Source of the DNA: an uncultured Hormoscilla sp.
GTDB taxonomy: Bacteria > Cyanobacteriota > Cyanobacteriia > Cyanobacteriales > Desertifilaceae
Direction of reading: 5' to 3'
NCBI GenBank assembly: GCA_963921275.4
Contig: OZ001293.3
Coordinates: 1,984,001 to 2,048,000 of the forward strand
DNA length: 64,000 nucleotides
The position numbers and the translations under genes were made by a program. Below the pieces are notes generated by a model that worked only from the letters and a program-made list of their open reading frames with translations, had not been told where the DNA came from and did not search any database. Shown in pieces: positions 1-11,010 of this stretch (position 1 is the stretch's first letter; every line of letters starts with the position of its first letter).

Positions 1-125
1 AAAAGCAGGGGCAAAAAAGTAGCTAGCACAGTCGGAGTGCCGCAAAGGGATGACAGTTGTTAGTTGTTAAGGGTAGGAGAACTAACAACTAAAAACTAAA
101 AACTAAAAACTAACAAAGAACAGCC

Positions 126-1354
126 ATGCCAACTTTTATTGCTAGTATTCGGGACTCAACAGGACAGCAGAAAAAAGAAAAGTTAACGGCAGACAATATT
201 CAGGCAGCACGGATTTCTCTGATCAATAAGGGACTGTCGGTGCAGGACATCAAGAAAGCAGGTTTCAACCTGAAGGACATTGACTTCGACGAACTAAATG
301 AAGCATTTACCATTGCGACAGCTAGTATCACGGTTAAGGATATAGCTGTATTTTCGCGTCAATTTGCGGCAATGGTAAATGCGGGGGTGGGGATGGTTAG
401 ATGCCTGGGGGTGTTAACAGAAGAATGTGAAAATCCTAAGCTGAAACATGCTCTGAAGAAAATTTCGGGCGAGGTGCAAGAGGGAACAGATCTGTCGGAG
501 GCAATGGGCAAACATCCGGCTTGCTTTAGCGATCTATACGTGGCGATGATATCGGCAGGGGAAGTAGGGGGGGTACTAGATGAGGTGCTCAACCGTCTGG
601 CAAAGTGCTAGAAGATGCGGCCAGGTTGGAAAACGAGATGAAGTCAGCTATGTCCTACCCAGTGACGGTAGGAACATTGGCGGTGATCATTTTTATTAGT
701 CTGTGTGTTTTTCTGCTGCCTACTTTTTCGGCTATTTTTGAAGACATTGGGGTAGAACTGCCAGCCTTCACCCAGTTCATGCTGGGAATTAGTGACTTTC
801 TGATAGATGTCAAAAAGTCCTTGGGACTAGGGGCAATACTGTTAGTGCTCAAGTTGATTTACGATCAATGGTACAAAACTCCGGCGGGGAAGTTGATAAT
901 GGATAAAATCTTCCTGAAGCTACCGTTGTTTGGAGAACTGATAACAAAAACAGCGACGGCGCGTTTTTGCCGCACGTTTGGGACTTTATCTCGCGCGGGA
1001 GTGCCAATCCTAACTTCTTTGGAAATTGTCCGGGATACGGCGGGGAATCAGGCGATATCAAATTCGGTGGAAGCGGCCCGCAATGAAATTCAGGGCGGGG
1101 GCATGATCAGCGTGGCTTTGGAAAGAGATAAAGTATTTCCGGCGATCGCGATGATGAAGATTGGTGAGGAAACGGGGCAGATAGACCAAATGCTGATGAA
1201 AGTGGCTGACTTCTATGAGGATGAAGTTGAGCAAGCTGTCAAAGCACTTACCAGTATGCTGGAACCAGTGATGATCGTGGTGATTGGCGGGATGGTAGGT
1301 TCGATTTTGCTGTCGATGTATCTGCCCATGTTTAAGGTGTTTGAATCACTGTAA
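126..1354 (+). pseudogene. pilC: Type IV pilus platform protein PilC (T2SS F family), split by one frameshift near 604
   Basis: ORFs 126-611 and 605-1354 join into a typical PilC (FSRQFAAMVNAGV, AGEVGGVLDEVLNRLA, IGEETGQIDQML, LSMYLPMF). A 1-nt indel at GCAAAGTGCTA may be real or an assembly error. Confidence 0.85.
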
Positions 1355-1369
1355 GAGTGGTGAATGGGT

Positions 1370-1465
1370 AATTGAGAATGGAGAATTGAAAATGGAGAAT
1401 TGAGGATGGTTTAATAGTCAATAAAAAATTAGCAATTATCCATTAGCAATTAGCAATTAGCAATG
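1370..1465. repeat. Short tandem heptamer repeats (STRR-like)
   Basis: GAGAATT/GAAAATG and ATTAGCA arrays. Similar arrays lie at 84-115 (AACTAAA), 16768-16804, 19458-19481, 20678-20710, 58660-58685 and 62155-62225. Confidence 0.8.
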
Positions 1466-1518
1466 AATTAAGTAGGATTATCGGAGCGAAGTCAGAAAAA
1501 TGGCGGGAAAAAAAATCA

Positions 1519-2042
1519 TTACGAAGCGTTACTGGCAGAATATAGTAACACGGAAGTGAGGGCGGTTAAGTAAATGTCAGCGATTTGAGCGATATCGCTA
1601 GCCCGATCGAGTCCATTGACAATACGTCGGGCGCTGTAAAAATCTTGCTCTCGATCATTGATGAAGTCACTCAGGGCTAATCCGGTAAAGGTACCATCGC
1701 GCATGCCTTGAACTAAGATTGTAGCGGCGATTTCGGGAATGGCTGCGCCCCCAGCGCAGCGCTATCGGATGCTCTCTCGGGGAAATTCACGAGGGAGAGA
1801 AAGTCCTCGTTAATCCCACTGTTAAGCAGATGAAAAAAGAGTTGAAAATTGCTTAAATTCCGTAAGTCCGGGTTATTGGATCGATACCAATTCAAATCAA
1901 TAAAGGGTGAGAACTGACGGCCTTCGGCCAAACCATTATTACAGAAATGCCGTCTAGCTTCTGTATCATTGAAACCAGCCAGATCCGGATTTATGGCTCG
2001 GTAATAGTCGGCAGCGAATACAGTAAATATGTTGATACTCAT
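1519..2042 (-). pseudogene. Degraded gene: N-terminal cyanobacterial repeat domain joined to a GH19/lysozyme-like C-terminus
   Basis: YRAINPDL...HF..NGLAEGRQFSPFIDLNWYRSNNPDL repeat, plus GMRDGTFTG..LSDFIN...DFYSARRIVNGLDRA. The two parts are in different frames, joined across a GC-rich micro-repeat at about 1738-1775. Confidence 0.55.
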
Positions 2043-2470
2043 AGGGTTTCGGTAACTGGTTATGGGCGATCGCGCTGGCGCTTTGCTACGAATTGGGCAG
2101 CTAAATACTGGCAGTCAATGCAGACAAGCTGCAAATATGCAACTCTCTACTATAACTCTCATTGTATGTGGCAAGTTTACGCGAAATTCAATCAAATTTT
2201 TCTGACCTCTGCCTCACGACCGTTTACTTCGAGCCTGAGTCCCTTGCTTCTATTAGCCTTTGCCTACTCACTGGCGATCGGGATGTCCTGGTTTTGAGAG
2301 ATCGCCCATTTTCTCTTGAAACTGTTCTCTTTGGGCGATCTCTTGTTCCCAGGCGATCGCCTGGGAAGGAGTTTCCATCAAGCCTGCGCAGGCAGGCTTT
2401 GTAACTGTAGCCGCACCCCTCGTTCCCACGGCTCTGCCTGGGAACGGGTGCGGGCGGCGGGTGACGGCGG

Positions 2471-3487
2471 CTACCGCACAAACAGGGGCATCACTTCCGC
2501 AGCAGTAAACAACCCATATAGTCCTCGCCGATGCAACTTAACCCCAGCTTTCAGATAACCAAAGGCAGGACCGCACACATTGGCTGCCATGCTGGTTTCA
2601 TCCCCTAAGGTAAAGGTATGGGTAGAAATCTGGCCTTCAAAGGTACGACCCGTTATTTTCACATTCGTACTCAGAGGCTTCTTGGGATTGCGCGTATCCA
2701 CAACGCCACCTACCGAAACCCGATCGCGCCCGCAAATTCCCGCCAATTCCAGCATAATATCATCGGCATGTTCCATATTCTCCAGGGCCAAGATCCCATT
2801 AGTTTTATCCAACAGGGCTGCCACCTCAGCATCACTCATCGCCCTCGCCTTCTCCACGTCATAACCGGGCATATGGGCAATATCCTCCCGAATAGTGGCC
2901 CGATAAGCTTCCCAATTGGCAATTCCCACCCCAAAGGTAATCTTCACACTGTGAATTTCTGCATAACTCTGGGCCGCCAAGGCCGCTGCTGCTGTCAATA
3001 ACCCGGGGGTGGCACCGCAACCGGTCATGTAAGTAATCCCCGCTGCTTGCAGATCCGACTGCAACTCCAACAGTTGCTCTACCGCACTGGTACGCTTCAG
3101 AGCATCTACCAGCACCCCGCGCCAACCGGAAGCGATAAACTGCCGCACTACATCCGCCATAAAGGTATTCGGCAAATTCGGCAAGGCCAGAAAATAACCA
3201 TCCACCTCCGTCCTCGTGGCGATTAATTCCTCAATGCTGCGATCGCTCTTGACAGAGTTTCCATTATTACCATTCGCCAGACAGCTATCGACATTTAACC
3301 CATTGCGATTGTAAGCGTAACCCTGGCGATCGGCAACTGCCACCCAAAGCATCTCCCGTTTCGGGGCCAGTACCTTAGCCGCCGCTTGTCCCAAACCGCC
3401 AAAACCCAGGATACCCACCCGTATGGGAGCGTTGGCCCGATCGCCTACAACCGATGCCGACCTATCCATCCCTTGCGTTGTACTCAT
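2471..3487 (-). CDS. bioU: (S)-8-amino-7-oxononanoate synthase BioU (saccharopine dehydrogenase-like)
   Basis: Rossmann [43 protein letters not shown]. Confidence 0.85.
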   Translation of the reverse strand: MSTTQGMDRSASVVGDRANAPIRVGILGFGGLGQAAAKVLAPKREMLWVAVADRQGYAYNRNGLNVDSCLANGNNGNSVKSDRSIEELIATRTEVDGYFLALPNLPNTFMADVVRQFIASGWRGVLVDALKRTSAVEQLLELQSDLQAAGITYMTGCGATPGLLTAAAALAAQSYAEIHSVKITFGVGIANWEAYRATIREDIAHMPGYDVEKARAMSDAEVAALLDKTNGILALENMEHADDIMLELAGICGRDRVSVGGVVDTRNPKKPLSTNVKITGRTFEGQISTHTFTLGDETSMAANVCGPAFGYLKAGVKLHRRGLYGLFTAAEVMPLFVR

Positions 3488-3825
3488 TTGCCAGACTCCT
3501 AGCTGATTGCTGCGATGCTCATTCTACCCGAGACAGCCGTTCGCGAAGCGTCTTCGCAGACGAATCGTCGCCCCTACTGTGGACTTAACTCTATAGAAAA
3601 TATAAGTAAAATTGACATATAAATGAGAATACTGCTTATACTGTATACTAACTTTTGTTACGATTTAAATCATTATGCTGCGATTGTTTACTAGAAATGT
3701 AGTGAACAGGCCCTCAGCAACTAGATTCCAGTCCCATCGCCAAGCGGTGCATGGGCCAACAACATTGCCGTGTCTTCTGAGTAGCGTTTAAGGCGCTTTC
3801 AGGAGATACAGCGCCTCACCAGCCT

Positions 3826-4035
3826 ATGGAAACCCTAGAGTTCGTGATCTACCCCGACGGTCGGGTGTTGGAGAAAGTCACTGGCATTGTGGGCACTTCC
3901 TGTGCGGAAGTAACTGCGGCCATCGAAGCCCAGCTGGGCCAAGTGCTCAAGCAAGAACAAACTTCTGAGTTTTTTGCCAAAGTGCATCAACAGCATGAGG
4001 CGGTTACCACTCAAGCGACTTTTAGCGAGTGGTAG
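3826..4035 (+). CDS. DUF2997 family protein
   Basis: METLEFVIYPDGRV.EKVTGIVG.SCAEVT; this gene normally precedes ycf35. Confidence 0.85.
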   Translation: METLEFVIYPDGRVLEKVTGIVGTSCAEVTAAIEAQLGQVLKQEQTSEFFAKVHQQHEAVTTQATFSEW

Positions 4036-4113
4036 GTTCCTGTGGGTCGCACCCGTCGGCCTCCTGACAGGAGGATGTCCTTTTTTTGTACCAAACAACC
4101 AATTAGAAGATAA

Positions 4114-4500
4114 ATGTCACACTTTAGCCAAATCAAAACGAAAATCCGTAACCTGGAATCCTTGCAAGCTGCTTTAACAGAACTGGACATTGACTGGAAA
4201 CCGGGTCCAGTCCCCGTGCGGGGTTATCGGGGACAGACTTACAATGCGGAAGTGGCGATCGAGCAAGACAATGGATACGATATCGGCTTCAGCTGGAACG
4301 GTCAAGAGTATGAAATGGTTTCCGACATGCAGTTCTGGCAGCAAAACTTGTCTGTGGACGGTTTCCTGAAGCAGATTACCCAGCGTTACGCATACCACAC
4401 TGTGGTCCAGGAAACCGTGAAGCAGGGCTTTCAACTGGCCGAACAACAGAAAAATGAGGATGGTTCTATCCGCTTAGTGCTGCAACGCTGGAGTTCCTAA
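4114..4500 (+). CDS. ycf35: Ycf35 / DUF1257 family protein
   Basis: MSHFSQIKT...VRGYRGQ...DIGFSWNG...QRYAY...DGSIRLVLQRW. Confidence 0.9.
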   Translation: MSHFSQIKTKIRNLESLQAALTELDIDWKPGPVPVRGYRGQTYNAEVAIEQDNGYDIGFSWNGQEYEMVSDMQFWQQNLSVDGFLKQITQRYAYHTVVQETVKQGFQLAEQQKNEDGSIRLVLQRWSS

Positions 4501-4979
4501 TGGATGATTTTGTTTTACATTCACTCCCAGATTTGTCTGAAGAGGACCCCTCACGCTCTGGTTTTGAGCCAGAATTAGGAGGGGTATGGCGGGACGAACC
4601 GGAACGTTCCGGTTTCGAGCCCGAACTAGGTGGAGTCTTGCGGCAAAAGGGCGTTTACGTCGATGAAGTTACCTGTATCGGCTGTAAACATTGCGCTCAC
4701 GTCGCCCGGAATACATTTTACATCGAACCAGATTACGGGCGATCGCGGGTAGTCAGGCAAGATGGCGACTCTGAAGCGCTAATTCAGGAAGCGATCGACA
4801 CCTGTCCGGTTGACTGCATCCACTGGGTAGATTACACGCAGCTCAAGCGGCTGGAAGCAGAACGGAAGTATCAAGTGATACCCGTCCCTGGATTTCCCGC
4901 TAGTCATGCTGCGAGCAACCGCCGCCTGCAACAGATCGAGAGAAACCGCAAGCATCCCTCACCGGAGCCCTCACCCTAA
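4500..4979 (+). CDS. 4Fe-4S ferredoxin (cyanobacterial type with EPELGG repeats)
   Basis: VYVDEVTCIGCKHCAHVA and AIDTCPVDCIHW; its start overlaps the ycf35 stop. Confidence 0.9.
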   Translation: MDDFVLHSLPDLSEEDPSRSGFEPELGGVWRDEPERSGFEPELGGVLRQKGVYVDEVTCIGCKHCAHVARNTFYIEPDYGRSRVVRQDGDSEALIQEAIDTCPVDCIHWVDYTQLKRLEAERKYQVIPVPGFPASHAASNRRLQQIERNRKHPSPEPSP

Positions 4980-5229
4980 AGGGTGGGGCTACCAGAACAA
5001 AGCCCGCCTCCGCGGGCTAGTAACAGTTACCAAATTTAGTGATATATCTAGGTAAATATTGGAAAATTGCCCAGAAATTGATGTAATTTTCTGGCTGCAA
5101 CTAGGTATGGCTTGCTGAAAAAGAGTATAAGCCTTACTAGATAAGGGTTTCAGGCATTTTGACGGCCCTCCAAGTGCCTTGTTATGACACCAATTCACCA
5201 ACGTTTTTTGTCTAAGTGAGAGGTGTTAC

Positions 5230-5579
5230 CGGCAGTTCTTCGAGTACGATGTTAGCTAGAACACACAACTAACACTAACTGCTTTCCCTTTTTGGGCCAG
5301 CGCATTAAGCCTTTTCGCTGGATCTTGATAACGATACTTACAGAGATTTGCTTGTTCTAACCTTGAGTCTCTTTCCTAGCGGCGTCACCGGTTTAGGCTA
5401 CCAGCTATCCTACATTTAAGTCCTCGCTTGGCACCACGGCGATGTTATGGAGCAGCACCTCCGACCGGTGTCACCCCCGTACCTGGGGGAGGGGAATCTA
5501 ACCCCCATGATCACCAGAGTTCCTAGTTTCCTAGGCTAGCGTTCCGTGTTTTACCACGTTAGGCGAGAACGAATCGCAC
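5230..5579 (-). ncRNA. Group II intron copy 1 (5' part of domain I only)
   Basis: Minus strand begins GTGCGATTCGTTCT at 5579 and is collinear with the copies at 9425-10293 and 22640. It is truncated near 5230. Confidence 0.85.
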
Positions 5580-5651
5580 GCGACCATACAAGTTTTACCA
5601 GGGTTGTTACATCTTTGGAAACGAGACTCCCTGACTTGGGCACAGGTTTCT

Positions 5652-5990
5652 TACTCGTCCTTTATCAATAGTGCCTTATTAATGCAAGTAAGAAACCTGT
5701 CTGCCAATACCCGCACATCAGGTTCGGTCAGCATGCTAAAGTGGTCGCCGGGAACTCCGATCAGATCGACAACACAGGTTACGCATCGGCAGAATTGATT
5801 TACTCACTGGTACTACGTAGTCTATCTTCATGTTAAGCGCTGTAAAGCGCAAGTCGTTCGCGTAGGCGTAGCCGTGTGCGCGCAGCGCAATCCCTTTCAA
5901 AGTATAGCGAAGATCAACCCGAGCAACGAAGAGTGTAATTTTCCCCGGGTAGCCAAGCATAAGATACTCTCCTTTATTCGCTCTCACAGA
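5652..5990 (-). pseudogene. C-terminal remnant of an NRPS/PKS-type thioesterase domain
   Basis: Manual translation gives GYPGKITLF and VDLIGVPGDHFSMLTEPDVRVLADRF...*, with frameshifts and a micro-repeat insertion at about 5855-5895. Confidence 0.6.
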
Positions 5991-6323
5991 ATCCCTAGAC
6001 TTTTGTGCTGTTAAATTGTCTTTTACTTCTCAGAGCAATTCACCCAACTGCTGAGCAAAACTCAGCAACGAACCCCGCAATAATCGCTTTTTCGTTGCCA
6101 TCAGAGTCAGCTTTAGTTTTTGCAGATAGCGATAGATCAGTCCAGAACCATAACCTTCTAATATAGCTAGCAAAGCCACTGTCAAGTTTTATTAATGGAC
6201 CGACTCTCTAGGGAAAACCAAATTAGGGGGGTTAAATGGGTTTGTCAAGGTCCCTAACGCTGATGGCGGGAGCGTGACATGGGTAATTCCTTGTTTTTGT
6301 AATAACTCTATTTTTTGACCGTT

Positions 6324-6410
6324 CGATGTCTCCGGAGTAGTGCGAATACGATGCGCGAGGGGTAGTGCGATTAGCGCTCCCCGAGTGCATCGAGCTCTCC
6401 GGAGACATCG
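6324..6410. repeat. 44-bp-family hairpin element with a second 44-bp copy nested at 6349-6392
   Basis: CGATGTCTCCGGAG...CTCCGGAGACATCG encloses CGATGCGCGAGGGG-TAGTGCGATTAGCGCT-CCCCGAGTGCATCG. Confidence 0.85.
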
Positions 6411-6605
6411 AAAGAGATTCTATTTCTGTAAAGGAGATCGTCATATAACCCGAAAAACCCAGGAGAGCCAATATATCCAATGGCCTGAAAAGATTGTATC
6501 ATGACAAAGTCCTTAAGTGAGAGAAGGGGGAGAAGAGAGGAAAAGGAATGCTTCGCACGCGCTCCCAGATGGCATTATAATCTGAGAATGCGTTGAGAGG
6601 AAAAG

Positions 6606-8468
6606 ATGAGACCAGGTGCTATATACCTAGGGAACGATCGCTGTGAATTTATAGTGTGGGGACCGCTACTCAAGGAAGTCACTCTAAATATAGTGGGGAC
6701 CGCACCGCGCCAGATCCCTATGGAACGGTCAGCAGGGGGTTACTGGAGAGTGACTGCCGATAACATTTCTCCAGGAACACAATACCTTTACCAATTGGAT
6801 GGGGAAAAGACTCGCCCCGATCCGGCATCATATTATCAGCCAGGTAGCGTCCACGAACCATCCCAGGTGATCGAGCGCCATGCTTTTGCGTGGCAAGCGT
6901 GGCGCTGTCCGGCCCTGGCAGATTGGATTATCTATGAGTTGCATGTCAGTACTTTTACTCAGGAGGGAACCTTCGCAGGGATTATTCCCCGCTTGCAGGC
7001 GCTAAAGGAACTGGGCATAAATGCGATCGAACTGATGCCAGTGGCCCAGTTTCCGGGAAGTCGCAACTGGGGTTATGATGGAGTCTATCCCTACGCGGTG
7101 CAGAATTCCTACGGGGGTCCGGACGGACTCAAGCAGTTGGTAAATGCCTGTCACGAAGCGGAAATGGCAGTGATTCTGGATGTAGTCTACAATCACTTCG
7201 GTCCGGAAGGCAATTACACCCGGGATTTTGCTCCCTACTTTACCGAGAAGTACCATACTCCTTGGGGAAGTGCGATTAATTTTGACGACGCCTACAGTGC
7301 GGGCGTGCGGAACTTCTTCGTGGAAAATGCTCTATATTGGTTGCAAGACTATCATATAGATGCCCTGCGTTTAGATGCAGTTCACGCTATCTACGACTTT
7401 GGGGCCAAGCATTTCCTGGCAGAATTGGCAGAAGCTGTCGAAAGCTTGTCCCAGCAGGAAGGTCGCCCTTACTATTTGATAGCGGAAAGCGACCTGAATG
7501 ACGTGCGCGTTATTCGACCTCAAGCACTAGGTGGCTACGGGATCGACGCCCAATGGAGTGATGACTTTCACCACGCCCTGCATACAGTCCTGACAGGAGA
7601 ACAAAAGGGTTATTACCAAGATTTTGGCAAATGCGAACAGTTGGCGAAAGCATGGCGCGATCGCTTTGTTTATGCTTGGGATTATTCCCCCGCTCGCCAG
7701 CGCTATCACGGCAGTCACTCTGCAGCTACCGCATCGCATCCCCCAGAGCAATTTGTGGTGTGCAGCCAAAATCACGACCAAATTGGCAATAGAATGTTAG
7801 GGGAACGCCTCTCGCAACTGGTATCCTTTGCCGGGCTGAAGCTGGCGGCGGCAACGGTTTTGCTTTCTCCTTACATTCCCCTGCTGTTCATGGGCGAAGA
7901 GTATGGCGAAGAGTCTCCTTTCCTCTATTTTATCAGCCACGGAGACTCGGATCTGACTGAGGCAGTCAGGCGAGGACGAAAAGCAGAGTTCGAGGCATTT
8001 CATGAGGTGGGAGAACCGCCGGATGCAGCGAGTCCGGAGACATTTAAACGCTGCATCCTTAAATGGGAGCAGCGCAGCCAAGGGAAGCATCAAGTGTTAC
8101 TAGAATTATATCGGCAGTTAATTGGGTTGCGCCGCCACATGCAGAAAGGGTCTGGCGATTGCGCTGCGCGCACGCTACGCGATCGGAAAAACCTGGAAGT
8201 ATTAGCAATAGAAAAGGAGAAAATATTAATTTTTCGCCGTGGGAGTCAGGAAAGGCAATTTGCCTGTATAATGAATTTCAACGACAAAGAGGTAAAATAT
8301 ACCTCATATCTAGAGGGGAATAAGCGATTAGATTCCAGCGCTGCTGAATGGTTGGGCGATGGCTCTACTTTACCAGAGTCCCTAACACCACCCCAAGAGT
8401 TAACCCTGCCACCCCAAAGTTTTGCGATCTACGAACAGGGGAATGTTGACTGGGAAGAAAAGGTGTAA
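6606..8468 (+). CDS. treZ: Malto-oligosyltrehalose trehalohydrolase
   Basis: GH13 motifs RNWGYDGV, DVVYNHFGPEGNY, LRLDAVHAI, AESDLND, QNHDQIGNR. Confidence 0.95.
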   Translation: MRPGAIYLGNDRCEFIVWGPLLKEVTLNIVGTAPRQIPMERSAGGYWRVTADNISPGTQYLYQLDGEKTRPDPASYYQPGSVHEPSQVIERHAFAWQAWRCPALADWIIYELHVSTFTQEGTFAGIIPRLQALKELGINAIELMPVAQFPGSRNWGYDGVYPYAVQNSYGGPDGLKQLVNACHEAEMAVILDVVYNHFGPEGNYTRDFAPYFTEKYHTPWGSAINFDDAYSAGVRNFFVENALYWLQDYHIDALRLDAVHAIYDFGAKHFLAELAEAVESLSQQEGRPYYLIAESDLNDVRVIRPQALGGYGIDAQWSDDFHHALHTVLTGEQKGYYQDFGKCEQLAKAWRDRFVYAWDYSPARQRYHGSHSAATASHPPEQFVVCSQNHDQIGNRMLGERLSQLVSFAGLKLAAATVLLSPYIPLLFMGEEYGEESPFLYFISHGDSDLTEAVRRGRKAEFEAFHEVGEPPDAASPETFKRCILKWEQRSQGKHQVLLELYRQLIGLRRHMQKGSGDCAARTLRDRKNLEVLAIEKEKILIFRRGSQERQFACIMNFNDKEVKYTSYLEGNKRLDSSAAEWLGDGSTLPESLTPPQELTLPPQSFAIYEQGNVDWEEKV

Positions 8469-8737
8469 AGTATCCTGTAGGGTGAGCGATCGAGAGGGTA
8501 ACGCACCGGGTTCGAGGGTTGCGGTCACTTGCCCCAGCGCCAGGAACGGGGTATACTATGCGGGTGGGTGAGCGAGAGGGTAACGAGAGCATCTCTATTT
8601 TTTCATCTAGCCCTCAATGTCTCGGCGATGTGCGATTAATGTGCTCCCACAGCCGCGCAGTGCTCAACCGCGCGCTGTGTCTCCCCTTTTGTGCGAGTAA
8701 GATGTCTCCGCCGTATCTCCTGGGTAGTGCGAATATG

Positions 8738-10448
8738 GGCGTTGCACAATTACGGGATGATTTAACTAGAGACAGGTATGCAATCATAACGTAAATAGTG
8801 TCAAAGTAACTTAATTGAAAGCTTTAACATTTATTCTGATTTTGAGTAACACAATGTTTTCCTTTTTAATCGAGTTATATAATGTCTTAATCGACAGTTT
8901 TCACGTTCAACACGAGTCATGTATGTTTTACTCACTATATGATCGATATCTTCAATAAACTTTGGATATACTGACCAACCATCCGTCACAAAAGATGCCT
9001 TTTATTATTTCCAGGCTTAAATATTTCTGCAGAACGGTCTCCTAAAGTCCATGCTATAATTCAAGGTTTAAAATGATTTACAACTGTCCATAACCACTTT
9101 TTATTCTTTTTTTCACCTACAATGTAACTCGTCAATCTCTGAAACCTCCGGTATCTCATAGTTTTCAGGGAGAACAGGCTCTTGTTGAGCTACTTGTTTT
9201 ACCCAATTTATAATAGTATTATGCTTGACATCAGTGATTCTTTCAATCCCTCGAAAGCCTTTCCCGTTGACGTACATTTTTAGACAATTTTCTTGAAATT
9301 CTTTCGGATAGCCTCGTGGAGAATAATGTTCAATAAACTGGCGACCACAATTTTTGCAAATCAAATTTTGCTTACCACGACCATTTTTATTAACTTTTTC
9401 AGAAGCGTGGACATTTCATGTTGGATGGGGTCGAGCCGGGAATCGCTTCCCGACCCTCCCTTGAGGAACCGGACTTGCGATTTTCACCGCATCCGGCTAC
9501 TGGGTACTAGGCCCTTTTCATAGGTAGACTTAATAGGAATTACTTCCGTTAGCCCTTGCCGCCTGTCTTTTCTTCCCTTTCCTGGTTTAGCGAGTGGTTA
9601 TTCTGATAACCGTTAGTATCACCATTTTCAAGTCAGTTTTACCAGTTATCCATACCTTATCCTCCACTTGCGTTTCGGATTAGTTCCGTGGCTTTTTAGG
9701 ATTACTCATTCCAGCAGCTTCCTAGTATCACCGACCCACGTCAGCGCTGGCTACCCAGCATCATCTACATTACTGTAGATGTTATCCCAGGAATTACCCC
9801 GGGCATTCGCTTCTTGGGCCATCCCTCCCCCCGTGGCTTGCGCTTAACATCTAACTTGTCCTGATGGACAGCACACGAGAGGTTACTTCGTTCCCTAACA
9901 ACATTTCGCGATACCTTTAGGTCCACACTATACCCCGGGAGCTATTTGAGTACTATATTAGCCAGAGTCTAAAACTAATACTAGCTACCATTTCCTTTTT
10001 AGGCCAGCGCATATAGCCTTATTTCGCTGGTTCCTTATAACGAGGCTTGCACATGTTTGCCTGCTCTAACCTTGGATATCTTTCCTAGCGGCGTCACCGG
10101 CTTAGGCTGCCAGTTATCCTACATTTGAGTCCTCGCTTAGCACCACGATGATGTCGCTTCGTAGCACCGAGGACCGGTGTCACCCCCGTACCTGGGGGGA
10201 GGGGAATTTAACCCCCATGCGGTCAGAGTTCCCGGCTAATGAAACCGGGCTAGCGTTCCGTGTTTGACCACGTTAGGCTAGAACGAATCGCACCAACTCC
10301 TTAAGATTATATATTAGCCTTAATATCCATTATAACACTGATTGGTACTCCTGTGTAAAATTAGCTTAGGCTGATTATAAATTGATGATGAATTATTGCA
10401 GATTATTATAATCTGCAATAATTCATCATCCCTTCGTTGTGCAACGCT
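8738..10448 (-). mobile_element. Degenerate IS1-family element carrying a group II intron
   Basis: Inverted repeats GGCGTTGCACAATTACGGGATGAT / ATCATCCCTTCGTTGTGCAACGCT; 8-bp TSD CGAATATG (8730-8737 and 10449-10456); InsA-like MKCP...CKNCGRQF...MYVNGKGFRGIERI...INWVK and a decayed InsB. Length is 842 bp without the intron. Confidence 0.85.
9425..10293 (-). ncRNA. Complete ORF-less group IIB intron (copy 2, 869 nt)
   Basis: 5' GTGCG at 10293; domain V AGCCGGATGCGGTGAAAATCGCAAGTCCGGTT with the AGC triad and a GNRA loop; domain VI ending CCCCAT at 9425; no RT ORF in domain IV. Confidence 0.9.
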
Positions 10449-11010
10449 CGAATATGATGTCCCCGAGGTGTCTCTTGGGTAGTGCGGGGTTGCCTGCGTT
10501 GCATCCCGTCGCGCAGCGTGGCGCAGCCATAGACATCGAAGTGCGTCCGGGGGACATCAAGCTCCCCCGCAGAGCACATTGTAGTCGCACTACCCAGGAG
10601 ACACGGCCCCCTCGTTCCCACGGCGATGTACTCCGGGCAGTACGAATAGTGCGCCCGGAGTACATAGAAGAAGCCTGGAAACGGGTGACGGCGGTGGTGG
10701 CGAGGCTTGCATTGAGATGCACCCGAGGGTAACGCACCGAGATCGAGGGTTGCGACCACTTGCCCGATCGCAAGGGACGGGGTATAGTACACTCTGCGGG
10801 TGGGCGTTCGAGAGGGTAACGCACCGCGATTGCGCTGCGCAATCGCACCAGGTGGCAGCGGCGGCCACTAGCATTCTCCACTGTCACGCACTTCGGTGGC
10901 ACTCGGTGTGTTGCGTACCGAAGGTGGGGGATGGTGAGAAGGGAAAGATGAGTGGGAGAAAGGGGGAAAGTCAAATCCAAGTAAAATTGCACAGAAGCAA
11001 AGGAGAAAAA

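Noticed and set aside
3612..3642. Sigma70-like promoter TTGACA...TATACT upstream of the DUF2997 gene
   Set aside because: 19-nt spacing and no independent support.
5020..5229. Possible MITE truncating intron copy 1 (GTAACA...TGTTAC)
   Set aside because: Inverted repeats are weak and I could not find a TSD.
10406..10992. Several overlapping ORFs of 94-188 aa
   Set aside because: GC-rich palindromic repeats that lack stops by chance; no protein motifs.
10717..11010. 98-aa N-terminal extension of TreY in the ORF track
   Set aside because: It translates repeat DNA; the SD and the conserved N-terminus start at 11011.
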